A stretch of DNA of 64,000 bases, the filler included, from Streblomastix strix (Eukaryota): the NCBI GenBank assembly GCA_008636045.1. It is 4 parts of 4 records of this genome, joined end to end, with 100 filler letters (N's around TTAATTAATTAA, not from the genome) between each part and the next. Parts side by side here need not be neighbours in the genome. Positions count along the whole stretch, not along the records: positions 1 to 16,036 come from SNRW01000883.1; positions 16,137 to 32,156 come from SNRW01000884.1; 2 more parts are not named here. The stretch is one strand, 5' to 3'. How positions within the stretch are numbered: position 1 is the first letter of the stretch; each line of letters opens with the position of its first letter. The position numbers were made by a program, and so were the translations under genes. This document shows positions 12,700 through 27,381 of this stretch, piece by piece. Below the pieces are notes generated by a model, which saw only the letters and a program-made list of their open reading frames with translations, was not told the DNA's origin and did not search any database.

Positions 12700-15600
12700 T
12701 CATATAGTTACTCTCCAGATGAAGTCAATAACAAATAGAATAAGCTATTAGCTATACGTCCAACTCCTAAGCCTGTTTGTACCTTTCTAATATACGTGGA
12801 AGATGATAATAACCACAGTTCTGAGGAATATGATGATGATGCAGATGATAAAGAAAGCACTATTAGTGAAATGAAAAAGAAGCCTAAAGTAACTAACAAA
12901 AAAATTAAATAAAACACTCATAAAAAGTATCTTCTATAAACTACACTAATCCATAACTAGATTTGGAAGAACTGATATAGCTAAGAATAAAGAATAAATT
13001 TATAAAAGAATATCACTTATAAACATAGAAACAAATATAAAATATAAAAATAAACTTAAGTAATTAAAGCAAAAGGAGGTTCAACCAATCGAACAGAAGC
13101 CAGAGGTATTGATAGAATAAAATATTCATAAGAGGAATGAGGAGAAAACCACTGGGTTTAACGAAGAGAAACTTATTTAACATTAAATGTTTATACATGA
13201 GTTTGATCTCTACTGATTTATGGAACCATTAGTAGGAACCATTTATTTTTTATATTGCTTCTGTTCCTCTTTTGCTTCAACAACGCTTGGTTTCACATGT
13301 TCTAGACTGCAATCCGCTTTGTTATTTAACTGTTCTAAAACACCATTACAAAATCTCATACTGCAGTCCGCTTTGCTGTTTGAGAGCACTATATCACTGA
13401 TGTGAAAAACCAATTTCACATAGACATTTTTAATTTGAAAAACACTATGTAAAAAGGTTTTTTATGACAATATTAAGAATGAAGAAAGTACAAAGAATCA
13501 TGTTAAACTAGTAATAAAACAATAATAATATGTAGAGAATATCTTATTATTAACTTTTAAAGTAATAACTGTAAACTTACTTTTAACGTTTTTGTTATAG
13601 ACTTTAGAGATTGTTTTTGAACGAAAGGCGAGAGCCTGGAGTGAGGAAACAATAATAAAAATAAAACAAAAAAAATTTAAAACAAATGGGTGGTAGTTTC
13701 GCTTTAGAAGATGGAACAAAGATATTCCCTATAATTTATTGTTAACTACAAATCTAATAAAACAATGGTCGGAGAAATAAAAAAAAATATCAGAATAAAC
13801 ATCGACTATTCAACACAACTATTGGATCATATGACACGAAAACTCTAGAAAGGATCAATACAATAAAGCAATTCTTTGTTTATACAAATATACACACCAG
13901 CAATTCCACCTATACTGTCCATCTTATAAAATAGACTCCATGAATAAAGTAATTACCCTAAACGACATAAAAAGAATATTAGAGGCAGAGCAGGATATCT
14001 ATATCCCCTAAATGAAAAAAATATAAGGAATCTTAAGAAGATGTCTTCTTCGAATCGATTGTACCATGAATAATAACGTTTAAGCTACTTCCACATCAGA
14101 CAGACATTGAAAGAGCTCAGAGAACATAGCAAAAAGAAGATATGATCTAGTAAGAGATCCGAGTGTAACCAAATATAAAACGTAAAATTAACAACAAACT
14201 AGCCATGCAAAGGCCATCTACCTTCAGGGATTGGAAAGACTTTTGGGGAGAAGCATGATACTCAATGGAGCAGATTAATATGCCGAATTAATTATTGAAA
14301 GGAAATATATCAGAAAGACTCGACGATAAATCAAGGAAGACTGATGCGGTGGGAATCTATGAGAAAGTAAAGGAATGCATTAGAGAAAGGATTATCATAT
14401 AAAAGGAGGTTAGGAGGAGAAATAATTCTGAGGGAAGAAGATAAAAGGAAAGATGGCAATGATAGAAGTAGAAGTAATAGTATCAGTAATTGCAGCACTA
14501 TTAGTTGCAATAGCAGTAGTAATAATGAACCAATTTAAGAATATTAGACTAAGAAAGGATAAATAAACAATCCATGAATTAATGAGGATGAGGATTGGAT
14601 AGAAGATGATGAATGCCTGATACAATTAGAAAGTTCAAAAATCTAGATTTCGAAAGATTACAACAAGTCAGAAAGGAATATGAACGATAAAACAACGAAC
14701 CACAACTATCATTTATGAAAAAGGACCTAGAACTTAATGGAAAATAATAAAAAAAAGTGCTTAGAGTTGCGAATATCCATTTCACAAGAGTAAATCAACT
14801 CAAATATTGAATACAACTATATAAGTCCACAATCCTAAACAATTCATAGATATATTTCACCTCCACCTCAATCTTATTCACCTATATTAGAAGAAACAGA
14901 GGGGAAATTAAGAAAGATCACACTTGGACATCATAGAAGTAAAAAAGCCAGACAAATATAGAGAGAAAAAATTAAATCAAAAATTAATAAATATTAATAG
15001 AAAGAATAGATCAAATCGTAGCTTATGGAGTCGAAGATAATGTAGACTGCGACTAATCGGAAATCACAATCGCATACATCACCAATGAAAACGATGGACT
15101 CGGAAAGAATGAAAGCAGGACGCGGTTAAAGATCGCAATTATCGGAGAAGCAGCATCTGAAATCAAATTCATAAAAACGACTGTCTACTTTTCAACCTCA
15201 TAATGTAAACGGATCGGATGAACTGGGAGGAATTGGATGAGAGAAACAGCTAAAGGTAACAATCAACTATATTAAAAACATAAAACATGTGGCAATCGAT
15301 ATCACTGACAATGAAAATAATAACCAGCAAATCAATGATAAATGAATCGAAAGAGATAAAGACATAAATGAACTTAAAGACACATATAAAACCTCAAGAG
15401 GAGTAAATGAATATGGAAATAAAATCTCAGACCTATTAAGAACCAATCCATTTCATACAATCTCTCCCAAGCAAGTTTCAGAAATTGTAAACATTTCACA
15501 AGTCAAAAATTTGCCATCTATAATAATCAAACACCAATGACTAAGTCGAGTAACAGGAAATGTTGCAAAACATAAATTAATGGTATAACTAATTAACGAA

Positions 15601-16036
15601 CACGATATCAGAAGTAAAAAAAGTTTGAGAACAATCATATCCTACAAGTCCTCAAGAAGTCCCGAAATAAAAGCTAATATTGACTATTCTAACCACTACA
15701 AGACCGAATTTGTTTGGAGTAAAAAGGCAGATGTAGCACATGATACTGAAAATTAGACCAATAAACTTTCCAGAGGTAATAAGACCAGAATAGGATCCCA
15801 AAAACAGAAAAAAGGATCCAAAATATCCAAAAAATTAAGATAAAGTAGTGCCTTATTCCGAGATTGACCAGCAGAAACAGTTTCACGGTCCAAGGGAAGT
15901 AGGAGAAAGGAAGAAAGGATTCAAATTTTGAAAATTGTGAACCAGACAATTATAAAGAATAATGCAAGACTAAAATGGGGTATAAATAGAAATATTTCAG
16001 GAAACATTTATTACAATAACCATGAACTTTGAAATT
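12700..16036 (+). mobile_element. Second degenerate DIRS-type element (gag region; contig ends just before RT)
   Basis: Nucleotide and peptide similarity to the gag/pre-RT region of the first element (AATGTAAACGGATCGGATGAACT ~15202 against AATGTAAACAGATCAGATGAACT; DEDWIEDDE; TGCCTTATTCCGAGA ~15849). The 5' limit is uncertain. Confidence 0.65.
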
Positions 16037-16136
16037 NNNNNNNNNNNNNNNNNNNNNNNNNNNNNNNNNNNNNNNNNNNNTTAATTAATTAANNNNNNNN
16101 NNNNNNNNNNNNNNNNNNNNNNNNNNNNNNNNNNNN
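16037..16136. other. Artificial contig-joining linker
   Basis: 44 N + TTAATTAATTAA + 44 N, identical to the other two junctions. Confidence 0.98.
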
Positions 16137-18990
16137 AATTTCAGCAATTTTGTCTTTAATTGAATTATTTATTCAACTTTCTCTTCTTCTTTTCTTTACT
16201 TAATTTAATTTTACTCTTCTTTTTCTTTTTAATTCTCATTTTCTTTCATATTTTATTCTTTTTATTATTTAATGTCTTTTTATAATTATTGACTTTATTA
16301 TTACTATTAGATAATCATTTCATAGTCGAATATTTTTGCATAATCGTCATCTCTATTATATATATGTTATTTTTATAATAATAAAATTATAATTATAGTA
16401 ATAATTCCATTATTTGTTTTTAAATTAAAATAAAAAGTAAATCTTAATTTATTATTTTATTATAAAATTTATTAGTTAACTAATATCATACTTTTCTTTA
16501 GTAGGTTTTTTTATTTCAAATATTTTATGATCATATTTAGTTCTTGGAAGATTGTCGTGCGCAACCTTATTAAATGAAGTAAGAAATCAAATATGTAAAT
16601 CAAATAATACAATATTATATAAATTATTTAATGAAATAATACAATATTATATAAATTATTTAATGAAATAATACAATATTATATAAATTATTTAATGAAA
16701 TAATTAATATGCATTCGATTTATCCTTTATATTATCAATTTGTAATTCAATTATTATTAGATATTATATTCATACATATATTTTGAGTTACTTTGGCACA
16801 TTCACAAACACAATTGGTGATTCTTCAGCTCCAAAGAATAAGCGTATTGTATTTTATACATCGCTGCACAAATTAAGTTCAAAGGTTATTTTTCTAAGTT
16901 GTAACAATTTATTGAATAGAATTAAATATTTAATAAATAATAATTATCATTTAATTTAATTTGTATACAATTGTAATTCTTCATTAATAATATTATATTA
17001 CATTTATCTCATAATTAATACCTGTTTTCATCTGTTTCTGGAATCCATCTGAACACTTCCTGCCAACCAATTCTTATTGTACCTCTGAATATTAGTGGGA
17101 AATGTAAATATAATAAAAAAATAAAAAAAAATATATAATCATTCATCATTATAATATTAGAACATATTACTTCTATATAATATATTATATATGTTTACAT
17201 ACCCTTTCTCATCATATGTAATAGCTCGAAAGTTCTTCCCAGGAACTGGAATATTATTCAGCAGTTCATCACCAACTGGAATGAATCCGAATCCTGAATT
17301 ATATATATAAAAGTAAAAATTGATAAAATATAATCTATTAACTTTTAATTATAATATTTATAATTATTTCTCTTTAATTATCAACTATATAAATTAAATA
17401 GTAAGAACATTATATGTTATATTCATTCGTCATACTTCTGGAATTTTCTGAATTAATAAACACATTACTCACTCTATAAACTCTTTTCTCAAACACTAAC
17501 CCTAATAATCGAGGTTTCAATGGAATTATTTCTTCAGATTATTCAATTTATTCAGTTTTAATTTCATCTTTATCTAATTTCATTTCTAATTTCTTTTATA
17601 ATTTCTTTTCTAATTTCACTTCTAATTTCACTTTTTTGTTGTCCTTTTCTTTAATTTTTTAATCGTCTTTTTCTTTCACTTTTTAATTATCTTTCATTTT
17701 TTAATTATTTTTATCTTTTTCTTTCAAATTCTCTTTTAATTTCTCTTTCCTTTATACATGTTCATCTTAAATAATAACTTAAGGTGGAATTGATGTATAT
17801 TTCCTTTTCTGTTTAACTTTCTGTTTAACTTATAAAAAAGATCTAGATCGGTGTATTTCATTCTACGATTCGTTATGCTATTATTTTTTCTCAAGATGAT
17901 CTTTTTCTTTTTTTTTATCTTTTATTTTTGTTTTTTTTTTTTATTAATCTTTCTCTTTTCCAGCATCTTTTTCATCTGTATTTTCATCTTCTGATTCACT
18001 ATTAGATAAGTTTTATTATTCCAATTCCAATTCAAACTATATTTCTCTGCTTACAACTTGGAATTCAATCATTTAACCCATCATAACTCTGCTTTGTATT
18101 GTCAAATGCCTCCTTTCAGTTTATTTGGCTTATATTCTATTCATCAATTCATGAGATTAATTCATCTATATTTAGATTTTCTATTCCATATAATGCCCTC
18201 TTTATTTGCTATTCTCAAATTCTTCAATATAAAAATGTGATTAATCTTATTCATTTATATTTTAATCTTCTCCTTCTTAAAGCTTTTCAATTTGCCTTTG
18301 TTTCTACTTTAATTGTGATAAAAGAAATTATTTCTCTTTTTCAAAGCTTTCAATATTATTTAATTCTTAATTTTGCATATTCTTGACATTATTATTATTC
18401 TTAACCTTTCTTTAAATGATCGTATTCTTGGATTATTCCTATATTTCGAGGTTATCTTTGCTCTTCTGATCAATTTCATCCCATATTATGAAGTCCCCTC
18501 CACATTATATGCCTTCTTTAGCATTCAGTAATGCCGTTTATCTTACTCTATCTGTAGCCCCAATTTAACAAAGTATTGAAGTAATGATGATTTATTCCTA
18601 TGAAAACAGATTTAATATTGACATGAATGAGGTACAAATGTGGGACGCATACTTATTCTTCATGTTCACATAAGCCTCTCAGGATTTGGAGGAGGGTGTC
18701 TGTAAGTGAAGTGGTTTTTATAATCTCAGCCATTTCGATTTTGTGTGAAGTGAAGCCTAAATTATTGAGGCGAAGCATTTTTCTCATAAATACTACATCT
18801 TTTTCATGATCCTTTATCTGTGAAATGGAGAGACGAATCTAGTCAAGAATATTTAGTTTCTATAGTTAGAAATCGTAAATAAAAGTTATAAAAAAAATAT
18901 TAATAAAGAATAAATAGCAATTCAAGCCTTAGATCCAACATTTTAGTGATGCAATTTAACATGTGGAACGTCTTTACCATTATTTGTCAT
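16137..18990 (-). CDS. Multi-exon host protein with a K/E/Q-rich region and a SPRY/B30.2-like domain, probably 3'-truncated
   Basis: Exons encode GFGFIPVGDELLNNIPVPGKNFRAITYDEKG and NTIRLFFGAEESPIVFVNVPK, resembling the domain in 21002-22781. Confidence 0.6.
16602..16704. repeat. Intronic tandem repeat, 32 bp x ~3
   Basis: AAATAATACAATATTATATAAATTATTTAATG repeated head to tail. Confidence 0.9.
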
Positions 18991-19409
18991 TTATTTTAAC
19001 TAAAATCTAGTGCGAAGGAGAAAAATAAAAGAAATATGTAAATTGGGTAAATGCAAACTGAAAAGTATATTAAAATATTATTAAAGAGTGATATAATATA
19101 ATTTTATTTATTTTCTCTATTAAATAATGTAAATTATTAATTAATTCAAAATAGAAAATCGAGAAAAACTGTTTTTTACTAAACTCTATATTGTTGAAAT
19201 CAATAATATGAATGAAGCTCATTAAAATTGAAGTTAATAAATTGGTAATAAGAATAAAAAGAATAAAAAGGAAAACTATGTCGCGTTGTCGAGCTTCAAT
19301 AATATCTAAGCAGTGAGTGCTAAGTAATAGTTTAACTCATCTGCAATATGCTCTGCTAAGAGTGTCATGATGCAAAACTACCCTTGCAGAGATACCTTCA
19401 ACCATATAA

Positions 19410-20480
19410 TCACCAGAACAAAGCCAGAATTGGAGTAAAGAGAACAGCTGCAACTACAGCCAAAGTTGCTCTCACTGATCCTGATGCACCTTTGCATATA
19501 CCACCTTTCCTTATATCTGCATCATATGATTCTTTATCCGTCTTCTTATCAAAGCAAGGACATTCATCAGCAGTTGTTGAAACTGTAAGTTCTGTTGCAC
19601 AGTCAATTGGCTTTGGCGCATCTGGGTTGAAAAAGAAATACCCTTAGTATGTGGTACCCTCAAATTCACTTTTAAAGAAGCTGTAATTCCCAAATTGACT
19701 TTCTTTAGCTGCATAAATGACTCTTTGATTCTCTCCATCTTTCTCCCAACCGATAACTACATCGCCATCTACCAGAACAGGTCCAAATCTAATAAGGATG
19801 TTCTTAAGGTTATCTCTATCTCCAGAGAATGTAGCAAACTTATATCCTTTAAGTAGAGCCTTTGGAGCTGTGGAAGTACCAGCACAAGTTGTCAATGAAG
19901 TTGGTACTTCGTCATTTGGGAAACAAACATTGTTGACAATTCCGTATTTATGAATCGCTGGAGTTGCAAAGTCGTAGTGATGGTCATAAAAAGTGCAAGA
20001 GTATTCTAGGTCAAGATCTTCCCATGTAGAGTCAGCTTCTTCAGGTTTGTCCTTGTAGACACGTTTTGTGGGAGCATTTGCAAGTAGCCATGTGAAAGAT
20101 GGAGAAATGTTATCATTCTCATAGAACTTCGCTGCAAACCCAAGAAGAGTGTAGTAAGATGAATCATAATACTCTTTAACTATATAACATCCTATTTATG
20201 ATACATCCTTGGCAGCAACAAGAGTATTAAAATCTGCATCTGGAAAGATTTAAAATGAATCATCTGTGTATTTTGTTCCGTTCACAAATGCTTTAAAATC
20301 TCTAATAAAAAGTGGTGTGTCAGCAGTATCGGCATCAGAACCTTTCTTTGAACCTTTTACTTATAGATATCCATTGCTGTCAATCTCATTGCTATTGTAG
20401 TAAAACGTTCCTAATTCTAAATCTTCCTCACCAGACGATAATATAGCAAGTACGAGAACGAATGCAAGTTTATTGAATGC
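19410..20480 (-). CDS. Putative GPI-anchored surface protein with a degenerate papain (C1A)-like fold
   Basis: 357 codons open in code 6. Hydrophobic N-terminus KLAFVLVLAILSS, motifs YGIVNNVCFP, LKNILIRFGPVLV and VVIGW, Cys-rich stalk, C-terminal GSVRATLAVVAAVLFTPILALFW*. No start ATG found in this exon. Confidence 0.7.
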
Positions 20481-21001
20481 CCTGAAAATAAAATCAAAAT
20501 AAAATAATAAATGAAATAATTTAAAAGAATTATCATAAAATAAAATAGGTTTTAATATTAGAATTTAAATTTGATAAATTCTTCCTCTTCTGCATAATTT
20601 TTTTGCAATGTAATTTAAATAAATAAGCAAATATAATACAATTCTTAGTTTGACTAAGAAAGTATACATGTAAACGTTCGAAATAAAGTTGTATGTATTA
20701 AAAAAATGTTGCTCTATTGAACAGCACATGAACATTTCCAGTCATAATTATTAATCCAATAATAACTGCATCACTATATAATAATTTTTGATAGGTGCTG
20801 CTCATACATGAATCTTTAATCGTTGAAAGATTTTGCTAACTAAAAACATTGTTTTTCTAAATAAGTATAAATCATTACACTTAATATAAATTAAAATTTA
20901 TGTAGAGTTGCTTTATTATTTATATTATATACATTTTTCCGTATTATTATAGTACCATTTTTTTTTTTACTTTGTTTCACTGAATTTCAGAATTTTATAA
21001 A

Positions 21002-22781
21002 ATGCAAAGTACTTGGGATTAAAATGCTGAATTTAGTTCTACTATTTATGATCCAGCAGCAGCAAACGAGAAATATATTGTTTGTATTTAAATCATTAAT
21101 TTAAGAATAGTTTTTTATACATTTTCTCAATAGTTTGCTGAAATCTATGAATGGGTTGAAGAATTCACTGGCGGAGATAATGTCAAAAAGGCAGAAATAA
21201 TTTAATAGTTACTTCGCTATATGACTAAATGTATATTAATATATTTATTTGAATTTTCTTCTCAAATTATTGTTATATTTCAGTTCCTGAACTGTATATT
21301 AAGTTATATGAAGAAACTCCACTGAGAAATAGTCTAGTTGATGCTCAGCGAACGAGTCTTCCACCTGAGCTTAAAGTATATGATATTTAATTTATAATCA
21401 TTTTTGTTTAATTAATTAATATTTACGTTGATTCATTATCTAATAGGAAAATGTTGATAGAACTCTAGTTTTGCTTGAAGCTCGTATGTTTTTTCAATAT
21501 AAATTAATAATTAAAATATATCAAACTTCATTGCTATTATCTAAATTATTATTACTGTCTTATTCATTATTTATATATATATTTTTATTATAATTGTCAT
21601 CATCTACAGACCGATCCAACATCGTATTCGGCGCAGCATCATTCCTCGACAAAATCCGACCCATACTTTTGAAACCATAATATTAATCACATACTCCAAA
21701 AACACAAGTCGTCAAAATGACACATCCTGGAAAAATCATTGTTCCATTTGACCCTGTTTTCACTGCAAGGGGAGCACCAGTGCGTCCAATTACTATGGAA
21801 ACAACTTTGGGGAAAGTTGTATAGCGAGATCTCCTATAGCCTCAAACTACGGTTGAAGGGGCAGTTTTTTATTGCGACATTGTGTCTTTCAATGATTTGA
21901 TGGGTTTTGATAATGTTGTGTCTGGGGTGTGATTGATTATAATTATATTTATTTATATATTTTTTCTAAATAATTTTTTATATAATTAATATTTTTTTAA
22001 GACTTTCATTTAAATTGATTTTTTTTTATTTATTCACAACAGGACTTGGAATTTTGGATGCTGATATACCAGTTGTTGGTTCATCAAGGTTCATAGCTGG
22101 CAAAAATAAAGGAGGAATTACATTTGACAGTAGGTAAGCAAATTAATTATTTATTTTATAAATATGCAAATAAGAATAATAATTTTAGAAAAATGAAATA
22201 TTTTTTTCTTAATATTGAAATATATCGTTTATCAATTAAACTCATAATCGATACTAAAGCGGATCAATTTGGATCAACGGTGAATATGATGATGCTCCAA
22301 CACCAGAAGACAAATGGACTCGTGGTGTCCACATCGCGATGGAAGCTGATTTGGAATCAAATCCGAGAACTCTCCGTTTCTTCGTTGGTGGGAGGCAGAT
22401 ATAGAGATACGTGACCAATATACCGGCGAGGATAAGATTCTTTGTATGATAATGTGGATATTTATGATTGTGTATATATTGTGTATATTTTATGGGAGTG
22501 ATTGTAGTTAATATGTTTATATTAACTTTATTTATCATTTCTATGTATTTATCATTTCTATGTATTTATCATTTCTTTGTATTTATCATTTCTTTGTATT
22601 TATCATTTCTATGTATTTATCATTTCCATTTTAATAACTTCCAGGCAACGACTATTCTTGATGGTGATTGGTTCCAAGTAGTCTCACTTTGTTTGCAAGA
22701 TAATCCCATAGGTAAGTTGCGCCCTGATGATATTCCATTAGTTGCTGAAGATAACCTTTTCGATTATTCAAATGGATTATG
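21002..22781 (+). CDS. Multi-exon protein with a C-terminal SPRY/B30.2-like domain
   Basis: Spliced GLGILDAD..GGITFDS..HIAMEADLESNPRTLRFFVGGRQIQRYVTNIPARIRFF..FDYSNGL*, with GT-AG introns. Confidence 0.7.
22529..22626. repeat. Intronic tandem repeat, 17 bp x ~5
   Basis: ATTTATCATTTCT(A/T)TGT repeated. Confidence 0.85.
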
Positions 22782-23020
22782 AAGATAAATTGTTTGATAA
22801 ATAATTTTAACTCTTGTGTTTGTTTTCGAAATAAAAGAAGAAATAGTTATTCTTTCATTAAATATTTTTATTTATCCATTTTCCATAAAAATAAAATAAA
22901 TTCTTCATTTTACTTACTAATTATATTAATATTTTGCGTATTTATTTTATTTACAATACTTACATACATTAAAAAGATCAACAGATTAAAAATATGATTA
23001 AATTGTTAAATGACGTGTTC

Positions 23021-26000
23021 TCAGCTGTCGTCTTCAGAACTAACACGAACTCTTTTTATTCCACTATTATTGTTATTATTATTGTTATTATTATCATCTT
23101 CCTTATTATTATAATTACTATTCTTCTTCGACTAAACAGTACCATCTACATTCTTATTAACTATCTATTATTCTTCATCTCTTTTTCTCTTGACTTTTGC
23201 TCCATTCATTAAATCAATATTATTTTAATCTGTGGTTTTAGAAGAATCATCATCGCTCTCGCTGATTGTGATTATATCCTTTTCTTGATTGATCAGATGT
23301 TGATTCTATTGTGAATGCTTCTTTTGATTGGAAATTGTGAGTTATTATTATTATTATTGCTATTATTATTATTGCTATTATTATTGTTGTTGTTGTTGTT
23401 TCTTTTGTATTTATGTTTGACTGTTAATTTATGTGTGTGTTGTCTGTATATGCTGTTTGATTAATCCTGAATTTTGATCAATTTCATCGCTTAGAAACTC
23501 TTCATCATCTGCAGAAACCAGTTTAGTTGGTTTAAGATCTAATAAATAATTATGAGTCAATCCATTATGATTATTATTATTGATTTATATCTTTGTATCA
23601 TTCAATTATTTTGAATTCAATTCATCTTTATCAGTATTTCTTTTCTCTTATTGATTTATTATCTTATTATGTTTATTATTCCCATTCAATTATTATTCAT
23701 CTTCATTAAACCCAAAAATATCATCTACATCCTGTTCCTCCGTTTTAGTATCATTCTCATTATCTATATCATTTCCATCTGAATCAACATCAATATCAAC
23801 ATCACTTTCATTATAATTATTATTGTTGTTGTTATTATTATTGAATTATCCCAATAATTCAGAATTCTTCTCATTTCTTCTTCTTCTTTATTTTTAGCCT
23901 TTTCTTTTCCTCTTTGATTTCTTCTTCTTCTTCTTTCCGCTCCAATCATTCTCAAAGTCTGAATCATATTGGAAGTAATCATTCCAACTTTCATCTGTTT
24001 TATTGATATTATCTTTTTCTTTGATGTTTTCATTGTTTTCATTGTTTTAAATGTTTTGATTTTCAATATTTTGATTTTGGCTTTTATTTGTATTGTTTTC
24101 GTTTAAATTGTCAACTGTGCTGAAATCTGGTGTTTTAACTGGTTCAATTGTATTGTTGCTTGAATTGTGCTGGATTTGGATATGTGAGATTTTATTGTCA
24201 TTAATGATATTGGATTTGTCTCCATTTTATGTACTTTATTAATTGGAATTCTAATTTTAATTCAACTGATTGATATTATTATTATGAATGTTGTAAAGAT
24301 CATCTGAAATTTGCAAATCTATTTCAATTTGTTTATTCTGTTATTAATCTTTTTCAAATTTTCCACCTTTCAAAATTCATTCAGTATCTTTTGGTGATTT
24401 GCTTTATTTGGGATCATTTTTATCCTTTAAACGAGATTTATCATCATTTTTTAATATTATTTATTTTTCTTCATCTTTTAATATGCTTGGTTTAATAATA
24501 TTATTTTATTCTGGTGGCTATTTATTTGTTTTTGATTTCTTGATGTTGTTTTTAATCTGGTTCTTTATGTCTTCATCCAATTCAAACTTTTGAATTATGT
24601 TTAATTTCCCATTTTCATTCTCATTATAATTATTATTATTATATTCATCATCTTATTCATTGCAATTCTTCTAATTTGATATGATCTTAGGAATAAGTAA
24701 TAGTGGAACAATAATAGTAGATTATTTCACTGATGAATTTCTTGAAGTTGATACTTATTATAATTACAATGGAGTAGAACGTTATGAATGTGTATGCAAA
24801 GTAGATGATGATGAAGATTATGAATATTAATAAGATTATGAATACAAATTAGTTTATCTCTTCTTGTTAATCTAAGTATGTGGAAATGTGAGCAATGATT
24901 GAATTGATGTATTTGTCAGTCCAACATCATCCAATGGAGCAACAAGTGGTTGAAGAAGTGCACACAAACATTGTCCAACTTCTATTAGAGAAGAAGATTG
25001 TTTATTTGGTTTGTCTTAATTTGACTGATTTATGGTATTAATGGTTGGTATTTGTTGTTGTTAATTTGCTTTATCTGTGTTATATTCAGAAGCAAGTAGG
25101 TTCATTATAATTTTATTCTTCAGTTAAGATTCAAGTAAATTACCATATAACTAAACTTATTCATCATCATCCAACAAATTACTATTACTATTATTATTTC
25201 CATTCACTTCATCCTCATTATTATTATTACTATTATTACTATACGACAACATCTCAATAATCTCATTCTTCAATTTTTTCCCAATCTTCTTCTACTTATG
25301 ATCCTGCTGCATTGTGATCTTCCTTAGTCCAATTTTAGACCCAGGTCCTTCATCAGATTCAGTTACAGTTTCTGGAGATTAAACATTGCTTTCAAAGTCT
25401 TCTTATGCATCTAATGTGGGTTATTCGTTGCTGGAAGTGCTTTCGCTGCTGTTTAGATCGGACGGTATTTGCTGTTGTTGTATTTATTATTGTTATTATT
25501 ATTATTACTACTGCTACTATAATGAATTCTATTATAACTATTATTATTACTATAATGTCTACAACTGCATTTATTTCCTCTTTTCCTCATCCTTCATCTC
25601 CTTTTCCACTTTTCTGAGCGACTCAGGCAGCGCAAAAGCTCTCATTCCTCTTGCTGTGTATATATTAGACGGTGGTGGTAGCACAGATACGACATTATTG
25701 GACCTCTCAAGATGCCATAACCCAAAAGTTCGGTCTAATAATCCAGGTCGACCCCTTTTTGTTGATCCGGTTCTCTGTTTCTGTTATTTGGGTTTCTGGA
25801 TGTCGTCTTTTTTAGTTGGTAGCGAGTCAGTGGTTTGATCGGAGGATGTTTCTTGTTGGAACTGTGGAATTATGGGGATCACTTCATATTGTGGGTTTGG
25901 CCATCTTTAAAGCTGGTCAAGAAGTACTGAGTGTTTTGGCTTGAAAATTTTGTCTTTGAATTTGCGGATTTGAGCGATTTTGCTTTAGAAACGAGCGAAT

Positions 26001-26512
26001 GACGTTGGAAGTTGGAATTCTGAATGTTTGCGGATATTTGCGAGAAAATTTGATGGAATTTCTGGAAGTTGAAGTGGAATTGAAATTTCAGTGTTTTCTA
26101 TATTCTATTATTTATCAGATTTTTAATGTTGTGAATTTAATTCATTATTGTTTTTATCTGATTATTTAACATTTGGAGAATAGTAGTTCTTTAAGAAGTC
26201 GGATATGACATAATTATTCTGAAGTAACTAATCTAATGAAATTTGTAACTCTTGTGCTAAAGCAGGTGGTAGCTCAAATCCATTTTATTATTTCTGTGGT
26301 ATTTCAGAATCACTTAGAGTTGCATCTTCATCGAACATGAAATTTTGGGTCTTGTTTGGGTTGTTTAATTCGTTGAATTCAAAAGGTAGTTGCTCGTTGA
26401 TAACAAGAGAATCGTCAATTAGGTCGTTGGAGGATTCCTTATCGTCGCTTATCTCCAAGTCTAATTCGGCTAGCGCTTATGGTTTGAAATTGGATTTAAG
26501 CAGATGCGACAT
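23021..26512 (-). CDS. Intronless ~1163-aa low-complexity (Q/N/D/K-rich) hypothetical protein
   Basis: ATG 26512 (MSHLLKSNFKPQALAELDLEISDD) and TGA 23021 (KRVRVSSEDDS*) are in frame. Poly-Q tracts are encoded by TAA/TAG/CAA. Not every internal codon was checked. Confidence 0.75.
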
Positions 26513-27381
26513 CTAAAATTATAGGAGTTAAAAAAATTAAGATATAAATTAGTAAATGAAAAGTAAATAAGTAAGAATAAAATTAGGATCTGAATGTTAA
26601 TCAAATATAGTATGATTGATTTATTATATAGTTTAAAAATTTTGGACAAATATGTATATTACAAAATAAAATATAATTTTTTAATAAAAAATCCAAAAAT
26701 GCAATTCAATACTTAATTTTGCATGATTTTAATTTTGAATTTTTAAATGCCAAAAAATTGTACGAAATTGATAATAAATTTAGATTTTGCAATATTTAAT
26801 TTATTAAAAAATAATGCAAGAATTAAATTAAATAATTCATAAATTTAATGGAGCAAGATTTGGTCTATAAATTGAGTTTTTTATTTATTTAATCAAATAA
26901 TATAAAATTTGCAATATGATATATTAATATTACATTGAATAACAAACAGAAAATTTACTACATTAAATAAAATTTAAGAAAGAAATTGGCTGTAAAACAA
27001 CCAACAAAACAATTTCTGATAATTTGGTGAGATTTTGCAAACTCGTCAAGAACTTAATATTCGTATTTTTACAATTATTTGGTAGCATGTCTTTTCTCCT
27101 TTTAAAATAATAATATAATTTAATTTGTAAATAAATAGAAAACACACCCGAACTTCCATAAAAAGAAATCTTAAAATCTCGCCACACCATAAACATTCTT
27201 TATATTTTAATATTAATTTAAACGTAATCAATTAATATAAAATATTAGATACTAATTTTTACTGTTTTCATTTTCATAATAATCATTAAAACTCTTTCTC
27301 AATATTCCTACAATAAATCGTTATTATATTTGTTATTGTTTATATATATGATTTGTCTGTTTATTATTTCTCAGAATATTT

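Noticed and set aside
13200..13760. Compositionally distinct segment with a short direct repeat (ACTGCA.TCCGCTTTG twice) inside the second DIRS region
   Set aside because: No recognisable ORF, termini or target duplication, so no call can be supported.
16602..16704. 32-bp repeats (also 56614-56709) as CRISPR-like arrays
   Set aside because: Head-to-tail with no spacers, almost pure AT, and inside introns.
18920..18935. Possible GC-AG intron donor (AAG|GCTTGA, minus strand)
   Set aside because: A canonical GTAAAG donor just after the start codons gives the correct frame, while the GC donor does not.
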